Of a DNA stretch of 64,000 nt, positions 23,344 through 36,472 are shown piece by piece (within the stretch, counting starts at the first letter, position 1; every line of letters begins with the position of its first letter). The stretch lies in contig OZ024758.1 of assembly GCA_964016885.1 (NCBI GenBank), positions 23,870,001 through 23,934,000 on the forward strand, read 5' to 3'. The DNA comes from Eledone cirrhosa. Taxonomy: Eukaryota. A program made the position numbers and the translations under genes. The notes under the pieces are model-generated. The model searched no databases, was not told the DNA's origin, and saw nothing but the letters and a program-made list of their open reading frames with translations.

Positions 23344-23600
23344 TTGTTTCTATTTTTGGCACAAGGCCAGCAATTATGCCAGTGCATTACTGGTACTTTA
23401 TTTTATCGACCCCGTAAGGATGAAAGGCAAAGCTAATCTTGACGGGATTTGAACTCAGACCGCAATAAGTTACGCTCCTTTATGATCCGAGTTCAAATCC
23501 CGCCGAGGTTAACTTTGCCTTTCATCCTTACGGGGTCGATAAAATAAAGTACCAGTAATGCACTGGTGTAATTGCTGTCCCTGTGCTAAACGTAGAAACA
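23344..23600. mobile_element. Head-to-head pair of 5'-truncated SINEs
   Basis: Minus copy ~23344-23465, plus copy ~23470-23600. Confidence 0.85.
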
Positions 23601-24784
23601 ATTATTTCACAGACATCCTTTGGCCATTTAACATGTGGTATACTCTTGCCTTTATAATGTTCTATGTTGAAAAGATAAACACTAAAAGCAACACCCCAAC
23701 GTTGAATCGTCGTATTAGAGTGGGATATATCAGGACTAGGGATTAATTGAAATGCTTTGATAGCGCATCGCCCTTACCATCCTCCGGGGAAACTTCTCCA
23801 TTCTGTCCGCCGGGGCTCTGGGAAGGCCAGCACGTGGGACCCCATTTGTTCACCACACAGATAAATGGAGAGGGCGGGGGAGACGGAGGCGATGACAGTT
23901 TAACTATATTATCATTCGGACTGTCATAATAGTAAAAATTGTCTTCCACCAGTGAAGAGTTTAGTAGCAGTCACCACTGACATAATTCAGTTTTGAGACG
24001 TGTTGTCATCAAAGCCCTATCTACTTCCACCATTAACAAAATTTTTAATTTTACTCTCACCCTCGACAATGGTAAGTTACTAATATTTTCTTTTATTCTT
24101 TGTTAAAAAAAATGCTTCCCACTTGTCCAATATTTATTGAATAAATACTTGTGCAAAAATTTGACACCAATAAATGGCCAAAGCTTCAAAAACTGAATAA
24201 CTGTGCTGCTTTTACAAATATTTCGAGATGCAGATGACAAGGTGACCGTCTTATACCAACTCTGTATCAAGTCCAAAATGCGAACCATAGCTAATCAATG
24301 TCGATTTCTTTTATAATGAGTAGGTACAGAAGACAGCGTCATTTGAACGAAAGTTCGATAGAACTCAATGTGAATTCTCACTCGCGTACAGCCGTGCACT
24401 TGAATTTTGATTTCGACTGTAATTAGAAAAGCGAGCGAGTTGTTGTATCAATATTTGGAATGAAACATGAATAATACTACACAGCAGCAAGCTGCCAAAT
24501 TCCGCAGGGGATGAAGAATTAATTACAGCTAGCAATGGATCAACATCCGGTTTGATGCTATTAAAACTGACAGGCAACATAACCGAAGCAATGAATTTAC
24601 CAAACAAAATTGTCACTTGGAAGTATTAACCTTGACATTGTATGTGACCAGTTTTAACCTTGACATTGTATGTGACTAGTATTTGTCACAATTGTAGTAA
24701 ATATAGTGTGTTGGTTTAACAATTGTATGAACAGAACAACTATATCGTTTTGGCAGGTAACACCACCAGGTAACTTACCAAAAT

Positions 24785-25235
24785 ATGGTTTCTCATTTAG
24801 CCACAAGGTCAACAATTTTGGGGAGGGGAAAATTGATTAAATCGATAATTAAATCGATAATTAAATCGAGGAATAAATCGACCTCAGTGCGTAAGGATGA
24901 AAGGCAAAGTTAACCTCGGCAGGATTTGCATTCAAAACGTAAAGGGCCGTAATTTTATGCCACAAAGTATGTTTTCCGACGCTCTACCGATTCTGCCATT
25001 ACGCCACCCTGCAATTTACCAATAATTGTTTCTACTTTAGGCACAAGGCCAGCAATTTGGGGGGGGGGGGGGGAGAAAGTTGATTAAATCGATTCCAGTG
25101 CATTACTGGTACGACGCCATAAGGATGAAAGGCAGAGCTAATCTCGGCGGGATTTGAACTCAGAACGTAAAGGGACGCAATTCTATACCACAAAGCATGT
25201 TGTACGACGCTCACTGTTTTTGACACTACACTGTC
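24785..25235 (-). mobile_element. Two tandem SINEs
   Basis: The second copy is flanked by a duplicated CTGCA(A/G)TTTACCAATAAT. Confidence 0.8.
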
Positions 25236-25539
25236 CTGCAGTTTACCAATAATAACATCGATGCTAGATTGGAATATTTCGGGCGAAACGGATGATCGAA
25301 AAGGTCAGACCTCATGCTAAAACAACCCGAACAGTGTATCGATAATGGTCAATAAACTAGATTCCTGAAATTTATAGGAAGGTATTCTATTGATCGATAT
25401 TCAGAATATTTCGAAATTCTTCATTCAATGTAAAATATCTTCTGACCCTTCAGTAACAAATCCCTTCTTAATGTCACAAAAGTTGCTACAGAGATGGAGT
25501 AAAACCATCACTTTCAAAGACACAACAATAGGAGTAGTA

Positions 25540-25800
25540 GAGGTTCGTGGCCTTGTGGTAAAGGTGTTGGGCTTATGATCATAATGTCGTGGGTTCGATT
25601 CCCGGACTGGGTTATATGTTGTGTTCTCCAGCTTTATTTCACGTTGCTCCAGTATACTCATATGAAAATGAGCATTAACAATAGCTGGAGGTTTAACCCT
25701 GCGATGGACTGGCGTCCTGTCCAGTGGGGGGTGGGTGGGTGGAGTCGTGTACTCCCAGGCACTTCACGCCTCGGAAACCGAGATAAATACCGGACAAGTG
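25540..25800 (+). mobile_element. tRNA-derived SINE with a V-domain-like core
   Basis: TGGCCTTGTGG box A, GGTTCGATTCCC box B, CCTGCGATGGACTGGCGTCCTGTCCAG core. Confidence 0.65.
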
Positions 25801-26183
25801 TTTAGTAGCGATCTTTTGTTTGTTGATTACGAAAGCATAGTCTCCGGATTGTGATGTGATTGAGACAAAGACTTCATTTCACGTTGCTCCAGTACACTCA
25901 GATAAAACTGAGTGTCAGCAATAGCCGGGGATTTAACTCTGTGATGAGCTGGCGTCCTATCTGGTGGCGTCCAATCTGGGATCTTGTCCTCTCAGTTGCA
26001 ACTTCTAATTGATCCCCAAAAGGACATTCCATAGTTGTTGTTTTTTTTGTAACTTGACAACAAGGTTTTGTATTGAATGGTTATTATTGCGAACAAGAAA
26101 ATATAAATCTTCACGTTCAATGACCTCAGTTTGAGTCATAAATACATTGTGAATACATTTTTAAACAAAGACAAATAACATGG

Positions 26184-26512
26184 AACTGGGAAATTATAAC
26201 ACACATAACCTTACCAATGAAGCCCTTTAGTATAGGTCAACTGAGACATTATAACACATAACCCTATCAGTGAAGCCCTTTAGTATACGTCAACTGGGAC
26301 ATTATAACACACATAACCCTATCAATGAAGCCCTTTAGTATAGGTCAACTGGGACATTATAACACACATAACCCTATCAGTGAAGCCCTTTAGTATACGT
26401 CAACTGGGAAATTATAACCCACATAACCCTACCAATGAAGCCCTTTAGTATAGGTCAACAGGGAAATTATAATACATTACCCTATCAATGAACCCTTTAG
26501 TATAGGTCAACT
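26184..26512. repeat. ~55-bp minisatellite (6 units)
   Basis: AACTGGGACATTATAACACACATAACCCTATCAATGAAGCCCTTTAGTATAGGTC. Confidence 0.9.
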
Positions 26513-26604
26513 AACAGAAAATTGTATTATGGTTACGAAAAAATTTCTAAATAAACCTATAAGGTACAAATTAGAAACAGTCATCGCGGGCAACTTTAAC
26601 TGAT

Positions 26605-26651
26605 CTGGCGGGCCGAATTGTGGCCCGCGGGCCGCCTGTTGCACGCCCCTG
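26605..26651. mobile_element. hAT-like terminal sequence (single end)
   Basis: GGCCCGCGGGCCGCCTGTTGCACGCCCCTG, similar to the hAT MITE end at 36473. Confidence 0.55.
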
Positions 26652-26847
26652 ATGATCTAGATTCTAGATCATCCTCAACCCAAAGCAACAATACGTAATG
26701 ATTCAAAACTGTCTCCCATCACGTGTTCATCTTCATTGTGGTAATTACAATTGTTAATGTAAATATTGAATTCGTAGATAACATAATTATACTGTATTGA
26801 ACTTGTAACGTCCAATAACAATAACGATATAGTGTGCGTGTGCGCGT

Positions 26848-27466
26848 GTACACACCCACACCCTGTGTATGTATCTGCGTGTGTGTATGTATGTGCGTGT
26901 GTGTATATATATATATATATATATACACCCACACCCTGTGTATGTATGTGCGTGTGTGTGTGTGTATATATACACACCACACCCTGTGTATGTATGTGCG
27001 TGTGTGTGTGTGTATATATACACACCACACCCTGTGTATGTATGTGCGTGTGTATATATATATACACCCACACCTTGTGTATGTATGTGTGTATATATAC
27101 ACACCCACACCCTGTGTATGTATGTGCGTGTGTATATATATATATATATATATATACCCACACCCTGTGTATGTATGTGTATATATATATACCCACACCC
27201 TGTGTATGTATGTGTATATATATATATACACACCCACACCCTGTGTATGTATGTGCGTGTGTGTATATATATATATATATATATACACCCACACCCTGTG
27301 TATGTATGTGTGTATATATACACACCACACCCTGTGTATGTATGTGCGTATATATACACACCCACACCCTGTGTATGTATGTGCGTGTGTGTATATATAT
27401 ATATACCCACACCCTGTGTATGTATGTGTATATATATACACACCCACACCCTGTGTATGTATGTGC

Positions 27467-27506
<40 letters not shown>

Positions 27507-27761
27507 CCACACCCTGTGTATGTATGTGTGTATATATACACACCACACCCTGTGTATGTATGTGCGTATATATACACACCCACACCCTGTGTATGTATGT
27601 GCGTGTGTGTATATATATATATATATACACACCCACACCCTGTGTATCTATGTGCGTGTGTGTATATGTATATATATATATATATATTATATATATACAC
27701 CCACACCCTGTGTATGTATGTGTATATATATATACACACCCACACCCTGTGTATGTATGTG

Positions 27762-27800
<39 letters not shown>

Positions 27801-27938
27801 CCACACCCTGTGTATGTATGTGTGTATATATACACACCACACCCTGTGTATGTATGTGCGTGTGTATATATATATACACCCACACCTTGTGTATGTATGT
27901 GTGTATATATACACACCCACACCCTGTGTATGTATGTG

Positions 27939-27970
<32 letters not shown>

Positions 27971-28108
27971 CCCACACCCTGTGTATGTATGTGTATATAT
28001 ATATACACACCCACACCCTGTGTATCTATGTGCGTGTGTGTATATGTATATATATATATATACACCCACACCCTGTGTATGTATGTGTGTATATATACAC
28101 ACAGTTTG

Positions 28109-28146
<38 letters not shown>

Positions 28147-28402
28147 TATACATGCACAGGGTGTGGGTGTGTATATATATATATACACACACATACATAC
28201 ACAGGGTGTGTATATATATATACACACACACACAGGGTGTGGGTGTGTATATATATATATATACACACACATACATACATACACAGGGTGTGGGTGTGTA
28301 TATATATACACACACACACACACATACATACACAGGGTGTGGGTGTGTATATATATATATATACACTCACACGCACAGGGTGTGGGTGTGTATATACATA
28401 CA
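26848..28402. repeat. Composite minisatellite with an orientation flip at ~28105
   Basis: CACCCACACCCTGTGTATGTATG+(TA)n units, then CACAGGGTGTGGGTG units. Confidence 0.9.
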
Positions 28403-28600
28403 CACAGTGTCCTAAAAATGTATACACACACAGTGTCCCCAAAAATGTATACACACTTCAATCTTTAAAAATTGCATTAAAATAAATTCTGTCAACATTT
28501 TTGGGTGTTTACATACAATTGAATTATGTCTAGATCATTTTGTTTTTGGGAAAGGCTGTGCATTCTAATAAATATTGCCTGTACAGGTAATCAAAATATG

Positions 28601-28673
<73 letters not shown>

Positions 28674-28742
28674 GACCAAAAGTTAAACAACACTGGAATT
28701 GAACCATCAGCACAGTTGAGGTATGTCATACATCAATTTATA

Positions 28743-28808
28743 TATTTTATCTGATGAGGACGTACTGAAAAAACAGCACAGTTCCTCCAAAATATATATA
28801 ATAAAATA
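28743..28808 (+). ncRNA. Family C hammerhead relic (GAAA mutated to AAAA)
   Basis: TATTTTAT-CTGATGA-GGA.C..C.TCC-AAAA-TATATA-TA-ATAAAATA. Confidence 0.55.
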
Positions 28809-28864
28809 TATTTTGATTACGTGGATGTGTATATTTATTAATATATATATATATGTATATATAT

Positions 28865-29120
28865 AGTTATGTAATAAACAACATAAGGCAATTATTCTAT
28901 TTACCAGTGGTTTCTTAAAAGCAAAAAATTTTGCTTTCAATCATAAACAGACCAGGATTTTTTCATTCTGATGATTGAAAGCAAAATTTTTAGCTTTTAA
29001 GAAACCACTGGTAAATGGAATAATTGCCTTATGTTGTTTATTACATAACTATTAAGCTCTGTTACCTACATAGAGCACTCTTTTTTCCTGGACTTTTCCG
29101 ACGGAATTACTTCACATAAT
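28865..29120 (+). mobile_element. Fold-back element, family D (hammerhead-like core lacking helix II)
   Basis: Palindrome 28865-29052; CTGATGA-TT-GAAA-GC..GC-TT; homologue at 60485-60780. Confidence 0.65.
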
Positions 29121-29133
29121 ATATATATAAGTT

Positions 29134-29330
29134 TAATATAGAAATGGCTTCTACAGGACTAGAACTGTTTCATTCGAAAGAAATCACCAGGAAATCTTCC
29201 CTGATGGTTTCTTTTCAATGAAACATTTCTAGTCCTGAAGAAGCCATTTCTATATTAAATTTGATGTTTACACTCTACTAATGTATTGAGTACCTTACTA
29301 ATTGTGGTAACCCCCGATTAAACCCAAGCC
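29134..29330 (+). mobile_element. Fold-back element, family B (core mutated)
   Basis: Homologous to 4745-4940; cores read CTGATGG and CTGGTGA. Confidence 0.75.
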
Positions 29331-29466
29331 TCACAAACACACCCACACACATGATTCCAGTTCCTCAGTGAAATAACAACCCAACCAGGAACTGGGTATA
29401 TCAGAGTATTGACAATATTATCCATCTCAACAACATATGTACTTGTCTATACCACACTAATTCAAA

Positions 29467-29519
29467 CTGCCTGAAGAAGTCACAGCCAAAGATGGCTGTC
29501 ACTGAAATATATATAGCAG
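29467..29519 (+). ncRNA. Type I hammerhead ribozyme
   Basis: CTGC-CTGAAGA-AGT.C.ACAGCCA.AAGA.TGGCTGT.C.ACT-GAAA-TATATA-TA-GCAG. Confidence 0.8.
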
Positions 29520-30559
29520 CAATAAACGAAGCTAAATTTTAAACATTTGACTTTTTATCTAACTTTATTTTACATTACTTCGGAGTAACCAAACCAACCT
29601 GCGCACTTCGTCGAGTGCTCCAGCCTGCATACTGAGGTGTTGGTATACAACCAACATATACTCAAAATCTCTCTCTATATATATATATTAGAATGATCGA
29701 GTATCGAAAAATCGGCGCACGAGTTCACGATAAACAAAATTCGATATGAGCGGCAGAGTGCTCGCTGATTTAGATAAATCAGAGCTATAACTATCGTTAA
29801 AATACCGTCACACATAGAACAAGTCTATAATCAACCGCACGATCGAAAAAATCGATAACGGAAGATTCGGGACACTCAGATAAAAAATATCAATAAATTA
29901 ATAATTTAAATGAATGTAAAATCATACCCGGACCCACTAGAAAGGTGTTAAATCTAGCTTCTTGGGTTTCTGTAAATCCTTAAACTGCACTCTATCAGCT
30001 CACATATAAATATATAAGACTTCTAGAATTCAGGGGACAGGAAATTTACTTCTTCAACGAGCTTCGTCCGAACGGATAAGATGGCTTAACCCAGGCTAAA
30101 TACGCACATGGAATTCGGCAAGGGAGATAACCTCTACATCCGCGAAAACTATTCGAGAAAATGTGGAAATACACATATCGAATAAAAGTGCTCAATAGAC
30201 ATGTTAAAATAAAACAGGAGCTATTCATCACTCAATAGAATCGACAAAAAATGAGCAATAAAATTAACTGGTGGATAGCTATGTCCAGAGCTAAATATAT
30301 TAGAATGATCGAGTATCGAAAAATCGGCGCACGAGTTCACGATAAATAAAATTCGATATGAGCGGCAGAGTGCTCGCTGATTTAGATAATCGTATTTCAG
30401 CTCAGGAATTAACGAAAATCAACATCCGATATGTGTGGCAAGCGCTCGATGATTCATGTGAATCAGAGCTACAACATAGGTTATATATATATATATGGGT
30501 GGGTGGTGGTCAGTGTATACAGGGGTGGGGGATCTCCGGTAGATCTGTTGATGACTATC

Positions 30560-30650
30560 ATATAGGAGTTATTGAAAGTACGTGCAATAGGACGATAGTT
30601 GGTAGGGGGAGAAGGATTGCCCTTATTAGGAATGAATCACACTGAAGCGT
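30560..30650 (-). mobile_element. Small LINE RT fragment
   Basis: IPNKGNPSPPTNYRPIART matches the IPKKG...NYRPI motif. Confidence 0.55.
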
Positions 30651-30689
30651 TTTAGTAACATGCGACCCACAGGAAGACAAACAAAAAAC

Positions 30690-30870
30690 CGGAGCTTGTC
30701 CGGCCTCTCCCACTTCACACCGGTCGCCATCCAGTCCTCAGGTGCCCTTGGATCCGGCACCGACACGCTACTCCACAAAATCGGACCGTCATCAACCCGT
30801 CTGAGGTTGGACCCCCGCCAGGTGGAGTGGCTGATGTAGCTGGTGTCGGTGTCCCGCCTTAGGCTCAGAG
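30690..30870 (+). mobile_element. CRE-type RLE-domain C-terminal relic
   Basis: [38 protein letters not shown] resembles F.PVA.ETSG.LG..GDPR..WL. Confidence 0.6.
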
Positions 30871-31797
30871 CTCATAACCCCCTCCCCTATCCCTTCTCTT
30901 TTTTCTGTGGCCCAAGAGTTCTTGCTTTTTCCTTTCTTTTCCTCTCACATTTATATTCCTTTCCTGTACTTTCCCATGCAGCCAGATCCACCTTCCTCAG
31001 TCTCAGAGAGAACGAGAGAGAAAGAGTGTGTGTGTATGCATATATATTATATATATATACACATATATATGTATATATATACATATATATGTATATATAT
31101 ACATATATATGTATATATATACATATATATGTATATATATACATATATATGTATATATACACATATATATGTATATATACACACACACACACACATTTAT
31201 CTCTCATAATAGGAATACACAACAAACCCAAACCAACCAAGACCCACCACACAAAATACAATCACACAGCTACAAAAAACAATATCTAACATTATAAAAC
31301 AACGCCCACACAACCAAAACGATCCACTTAATAATTCATTCATGTCTAATCGACAAAAACCTGAAACTAAATTATAGGTAATAGACAGTTTTGTGATGTC
31401 CGTTAACTTAATCTTTCTTTGTTGTTTATGAGCCTGGTACTTATCTCCGGTTTTTGTAGCGCCAAACGAACGAAGAAACATTTTCCTTTGGTTAAACATT
31501 GCAGATAACCTTTACCGAAGGAAGGAATTGAACTCGTAACTACAGCTATCACACAATATAGGGTGATATAGCCGTTCATTTTGAAAAGGTATAATGAATA
31601 AACTTGTTGTCTCTGATCACTTGAACTGAAGAGATATAGATGATAAAATGTGGCTTTTATCCATTCGAGGTCAATAAAAAAAAGTATCAGTCTCGTACTG
31701 GGGTCGATTCTTTCTCTCCATACCTCTTTATCACTTCCCCCCTCTCTCTCTCTCTCTCAAAGAAATCCTAGAGAGGGATGGGCTCTGTCAGGATTAA

Positions 31798-32011
31798 CCC
31801 TTTAATGTTCAAACCGGCCAAAACCGACCAGAATTCTCTACCTTTTTCTGTTGAAACTGGCCAGTCAAACTGATGTTAAGGTATTGCTCTCAAAATAAAT
31901 ACTTTCAAAATCTCATAGTTTCGATATTATGTTAGATAATTATGTGAGATAAAGCATTTAGCATGAAAATATAATAGTATATATATATAGAGTAATGTGA
32001 ATACTAAAGGG
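31798..32011. mobile_element. piggyBac-type MITE
   Basis: TTAA-CCCTTTAATGTTCA ... TGAATACTAAAGGG-TTAA. Confidence 0.75.
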
Positions 32012-32484
32012 TTAAAATGACCAAGAAACGCCGTATGCCGCTACGGAACACCTACGACTCTCTCAGGAGTTACAGGGCCATACTATACCATACAATACAA
32101 TACAATACCATAGATAAAAAGAATTGGAATAGCACTGCACATAATAAGTTTTAAATAAGCTATCTACACTGATCCATATTTATAAGAGGATTTGAACTCG
32201 GTATTACAAAGTAAAGAAATATTCATTAGTAATAGTCCTCTCTTTTCTTCGCTGCATATAAACATGAACTGGGCTTCATGCAACGACTAGTTAGAACAGC
32301 GTAGAGTTGGTTGCTCCGAGTTAAGTGTCTTAGGCAAATGTATTGTGAGGTCTTGTAATTCCTGATAGGGGCGCTGTATTGACACACGGCGTTTTGGGGG
32401 GAGGGGGGGGGGCATTTTAAACCTGAAGGAGCCCATCACTCCCCAGACAGGAGTATAGCAGATTTCTTCCAGAGGAAGATAGAA

Positions 32485-32553
<69 letters not shown>

Positions 32554-33824
32554 GTGAGTGAGTGAGTGAGTGAGTGAGTGAGTGAGTGAGTGAGTGAGTG
32601 AGTGAGTGAGTGAGTGAGTGAGTGAGTGAGTGAGTGAGTGAGTGAGTGAGTGAGGACACGAGAAAGAGATATAGAAGAAGAATCGATCCCATTACTAAAC
32701 TGGTACTTTTTTTATCGACCTCGAAGGGATGAAAAGCAAAGTTGACCTCGGCGGGAATTGAACTCAGAGCCGGAATAAATACCATAAAACATTCTATCCG
32801 ACGTACTAACGACTCCTTAGGCAATTACACCATGCAAAATATGTGGTAGACTATTCAGTAAATAGGACGGTCCCCCATCGATAATATAAACTGATAAACA
32901 AACAGACAAACATTTATTCAACAACAGTTTGCTGACAAAGAAACATCTATGCAGAATATAAGCCTTGACACATGCTCATTGTCGAGATGACATTTCTTTT
33001 ACAGATTCTACAACAGATTGTTCCTCTCACTGAACCCACCCGTTTCACTAGTTTCTACATCTCAGCTGCATTTAATCTTACTCTGCATCGCAACATAAGC
33101 TCACAAAAAAACACTGTTGTCCCGATTTTACAACCAGAACCTCGTCCAAGTTTATATTTTGAGCCGAAATACTAACCTCATTAATTAAAAGTAGACAATA
33201 AGAAATTTGACCTTATCCAGTCGTCTTTACTTTAGAATTTAGTAGAGTTTGAATAATCTATTATCACTGCAATGTTTATTTGATCTAAATAATAAAAAAA
33301 AATAATAGAACACACCGGGACATTCATAAATATATGTTTAACTATGTGCAATTGAACTTATTTATATAATATTATAACAGTACATATAAAACAGATTTTC
33401 TGACACAAATAGTCCGAAACCTTCTTTGGTCTGGACAGAATTTCGAACGGGAAGCTGAAAATGCCGCTTTCGCGAGTCTAATATACAGTAAGATCCATAT
33501 CTAACGTTGAGTGCAACCACACTCATTGATTATTTACACTGCACTTGCTGGTATGTGTTATCTCGATAGCTTATTTTGCATAAGTTTAACCATAACTATG
33601 GCTTCTAACAGATATGCGAGTGTTAATGTCAAAGCTAAACATCAGTCTATATCGATTCAAGAGAAGGTTGACTTGTTCAAAAAATTAAACCGTGGTTTTT
33701 CTGTGAGAAGCTTTGAGAAATCTATGGTATTGGTTCATCAATTATTTATGCAACGAGAGAAAAACTATTAAAATTCTGTATGGATAGAGAATTCCAAGAA
33801 GCAAACAAGTATTAGAAAAATAAT

Positions 33825-33960
33825 TGTTTCTACTTTAGGCACAAGGCCAGCAATTACCCAGAGCATTACTGGTACTTTATTTTATCGACCCCGTAAAGAT
33901 GAAAGGTAAAGTTAACCTCAGCGGGATTTGAACTCCATCCGTAAAGGGACGTAACTATGC
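33825..33960 (-). mobile_element. 5'-truncated SINE with 12-bp TSD
   Basis: TAGAAAAATAAT at 33813-33824 and 33961-33972. Confidence 0.85.
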
Positions 33961-34136
33961 TAGAAAAATAATGGAAGATGGTAAAAACACTGAACACAAT
34001 TGGGAGTAATGGAGTGGAAATGTTAGGCAGCTTGATAATGAAGCCGGTTAAGTTGTTCCATAAAGATCTTAAATTGGAATATTAATGTGGTTACAGTGAA
34101 TTATGTGGTTACAGTGAAATATTAATGTGGTTACAG

Positions 34137-34322
34137 GGCGGTGAATTGGCAGTATCGGTAGAGGGTTGGATGCCATGCTTTGATGCATAGAGTTACGGCC
34201 CTTGCCATTCTGAGTTCAAATCCCGCCGAGGTTAACTTTGCCTTTCATCCTTACGGGGTCGATAAAATAAAGTACCAGTAATGCACTGGGTAATTGCTGG
34301 CCTTGTGCCAAAAGTAGAAACA
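34137..34322 (+). mobile_element. Full-length tRNA-derived SINE with 16-bp TSD
   Basis: ATTAATGTGGTTACAG at 34121-34136 and 34323-34338; box A/B head. Confidence 0.9.
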
Positions 34323-34654
34323 ATTAATGTGGTTACAGTGAAGGATGGTTTTAAAGTTTCAAGAAACATCATGGAATTACCTTCCATAACGTGTGTGAAG
34401 AAACGCTATTTACAAACCAAGAAGGATCTGCTGTGTATGTCGAACATTCTAAAGACAGACTTTCCTTCTTCAGTTGCTCAAAAGAAACAGATCAGATATA
34501 TATATATATATATAGATGTAAATTGCTGGTTACAGGAAAATTATATATCCCCAAATCTTTGATGTTATTAAAATTTACTCTAATATACAGATCAAATAAA
34601 AATGGTTGGATTTCAACCGAGATTATTCTAGAATGGTTTGAAATATTTTTGTAC

Positions 34655-34846
34655 AAAAAGTCAGAATACACTGTACAACTGTAAGCCTACCAGAAACCAG
34701 AACACACTGTACAACTGGAGGCCTACTAGATGTCAGAACAGACTGTGCAACTGTAAGCCTACGAGAAACCAGAACACACTGTACAACTATAGGCCTACCA
34801 GATGCCAGAACAGACTATACAACTGTAGGCTCACCAGAAGACTGTA
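34655..34846. repeat. ~33-bp tandem repeat inside the Tigger relic
   Basis: CAGAACACACTGTACAACT..GCCTAC units. Confidence 0.8.
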
Positions 34847-35741
34847 AAATTGTTATTCTTGGTAGTTGGTCAGCCCACCTCATAGCCAAAACTAAGACAA
34901 ATGCTTTTGCAATGTATTTACCACTCAACAGTATGTCACCTCTCCAACCCCAAGATCAAAGAATGCTACACTCTCTAAAAGCAATTTTCAATCACACTTA
35001 ATTAGACAAATATTAAATGCAGTAAATACTGACAAGTCTGCACCAACATTAATTAATGGATTTAACATGGGAGATTTCCTTTTGTACATTTTGAGAGAGT
35101 GAGAGAAGATGGACGCATCTGCACTAAAGAAAACCTGGAATACGTTGTGGTCAGTACGTGGTTAAAATATTGACCAATATATCACGTGTTTTCATTTATC
35201 AGAGGAAAATGTTGTCCCTATGTTACTTGTGTATGTCAAAAATGGAACAGAACTTGTTGCCAAGGAAATAAATAAAATTAAGAAAGAAATTCTGGCCAAT
35301 TGGATGAATGTTGACAGAGAAACACGTGCTGTATATCATTTTACACGGAAATTAATGGCGTTTCTCTGAAAGCTAATAAAAATATAGAAAGTGTTGTATA
35401 TGACATTGATTAAGATGAAACACGTGTAATTGAAATACTTTCCGAAAACAGGTTGATCGAGTTGGTGAGTGATTTAATCAAATGTCTTGATTAACAGTCT
35501 TTAAAGAACAAGAGATAATGACCTGGCGTTGCACGGGATAAGGTATTGTGAAATATATAACCGCCTTAGCTAAGCTTAGTATTGCCACAACCACGGCTGG
35601 CAAAGAAGTAAGGGTCTGGTGGTACGTAAGTAAGCAACACTGTGGCTTAAAACATGAGGAAGAAGTTGTGTGCACTTACCAAATGTTTGGGGAATGAGTG
35701 TGAGATTTGTCTTGAGCAAGGGTGGCAGAATAACCGGAGGC

Positions 35742-36125
35742 AGCAGACGGCCAGACATACAGACATATTATAAGGGCGCGTTCTGGACGCAGAGCGAATT
35801 GTAGAAAGTGACGTAATGCAGACAGCTAGACATACAGACAGATATTATAAGGGCGCGTTCTGGACGCAGAGCGAATTGTAGAAAGTGACGTAATGCAGAC
35901 AGCTAGACATACAGACAGATATAAGGGCGCGACGTTATATGTATGTATCTATCTGAAAAGAGAAAGACCAAGAATTATAGAGAGAGATCGCTAAAGCGCC
36001 TAATGCGGTCCCTAGGGCATTGAAAATTTGATTTTTTTTTGCTCAGAACACTCCCTGAAACATAAGTATTACATGTGTAAAATTTGAAAACAGTCGGTTG
36101 GGTGCTTCTCTAGTTTTAGGGATTC

Positions 36126-36190
<65 letters not shown>

Positions 36191-36212
36191 TCTCAGTTTT
36201 ATATATATAGAT
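35742..36212 (-). mobile_element. Possible non-autonomous Helitron-like element with ~77-bp internal tandem repeats
   Basis: Minus-strand start TCTATATATATAAAACTGAGAATG(TG)n; repeated CAGACAGATATTATAAGGGCGCG blocks. Confidence 0.4.
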
Positions 36213-36472
36213 GTAAAAAGATGATGTTTTTTATGTGTATAATCTGACCGTTTTATTTAATGGGCATGGTTAGCAATATAGTGTTTATTCAAGTATTTGT
36301 GCATGGTCCAGTAACTTCTTCGAGTCGTAGGGGCGCCGTATTGTTATATGGCGTTTTTAGGGCATTTTAAAAACATGGTAGAACCCATCTCCTCTCCAGG
36401 CCTGAATACAGCCGATTTCTTCCAGAGAAACAGAGAGAGGGAGAAAAAAAGATGTGCGAAAGAGATATAGAG

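Larger units (their letters stand above)
33598..35200 (+). pseudogene. Degraded pogo/Tigger (jerky-like) transposase
   Basis: KHQSISIQEKVDLFKKLNRGFSV (psq-type HTH), YRSNKNGWISTEIILEWF and YLPLNSMSPLQPQDQ (DDE_1-like). Many stops and insertions. Confidence 0.75.

Noticed and set aside
23765-23850. HDV-like ribozyme in the GC-rich repeat shared with 39890-39970
   Set aside because: A TCCCACGT loop-like word is present, but I could not build the nested pseudoknot.
23950-24620. Possible hAT transposase relic (also 1700-2500)
   Set aside because: No motif I can read with confidence; needs BLASTX.
25540-25612. tRNA gene
   Set aside because: Box A/B are present but there is no clean acceptor stem, and it continues into a SINE body.
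26675-28485. ORFs over 500 aa rich in Y/I/H/T/C/V
   Set aside because: Dinucleotide microsatellite translations on both strands.
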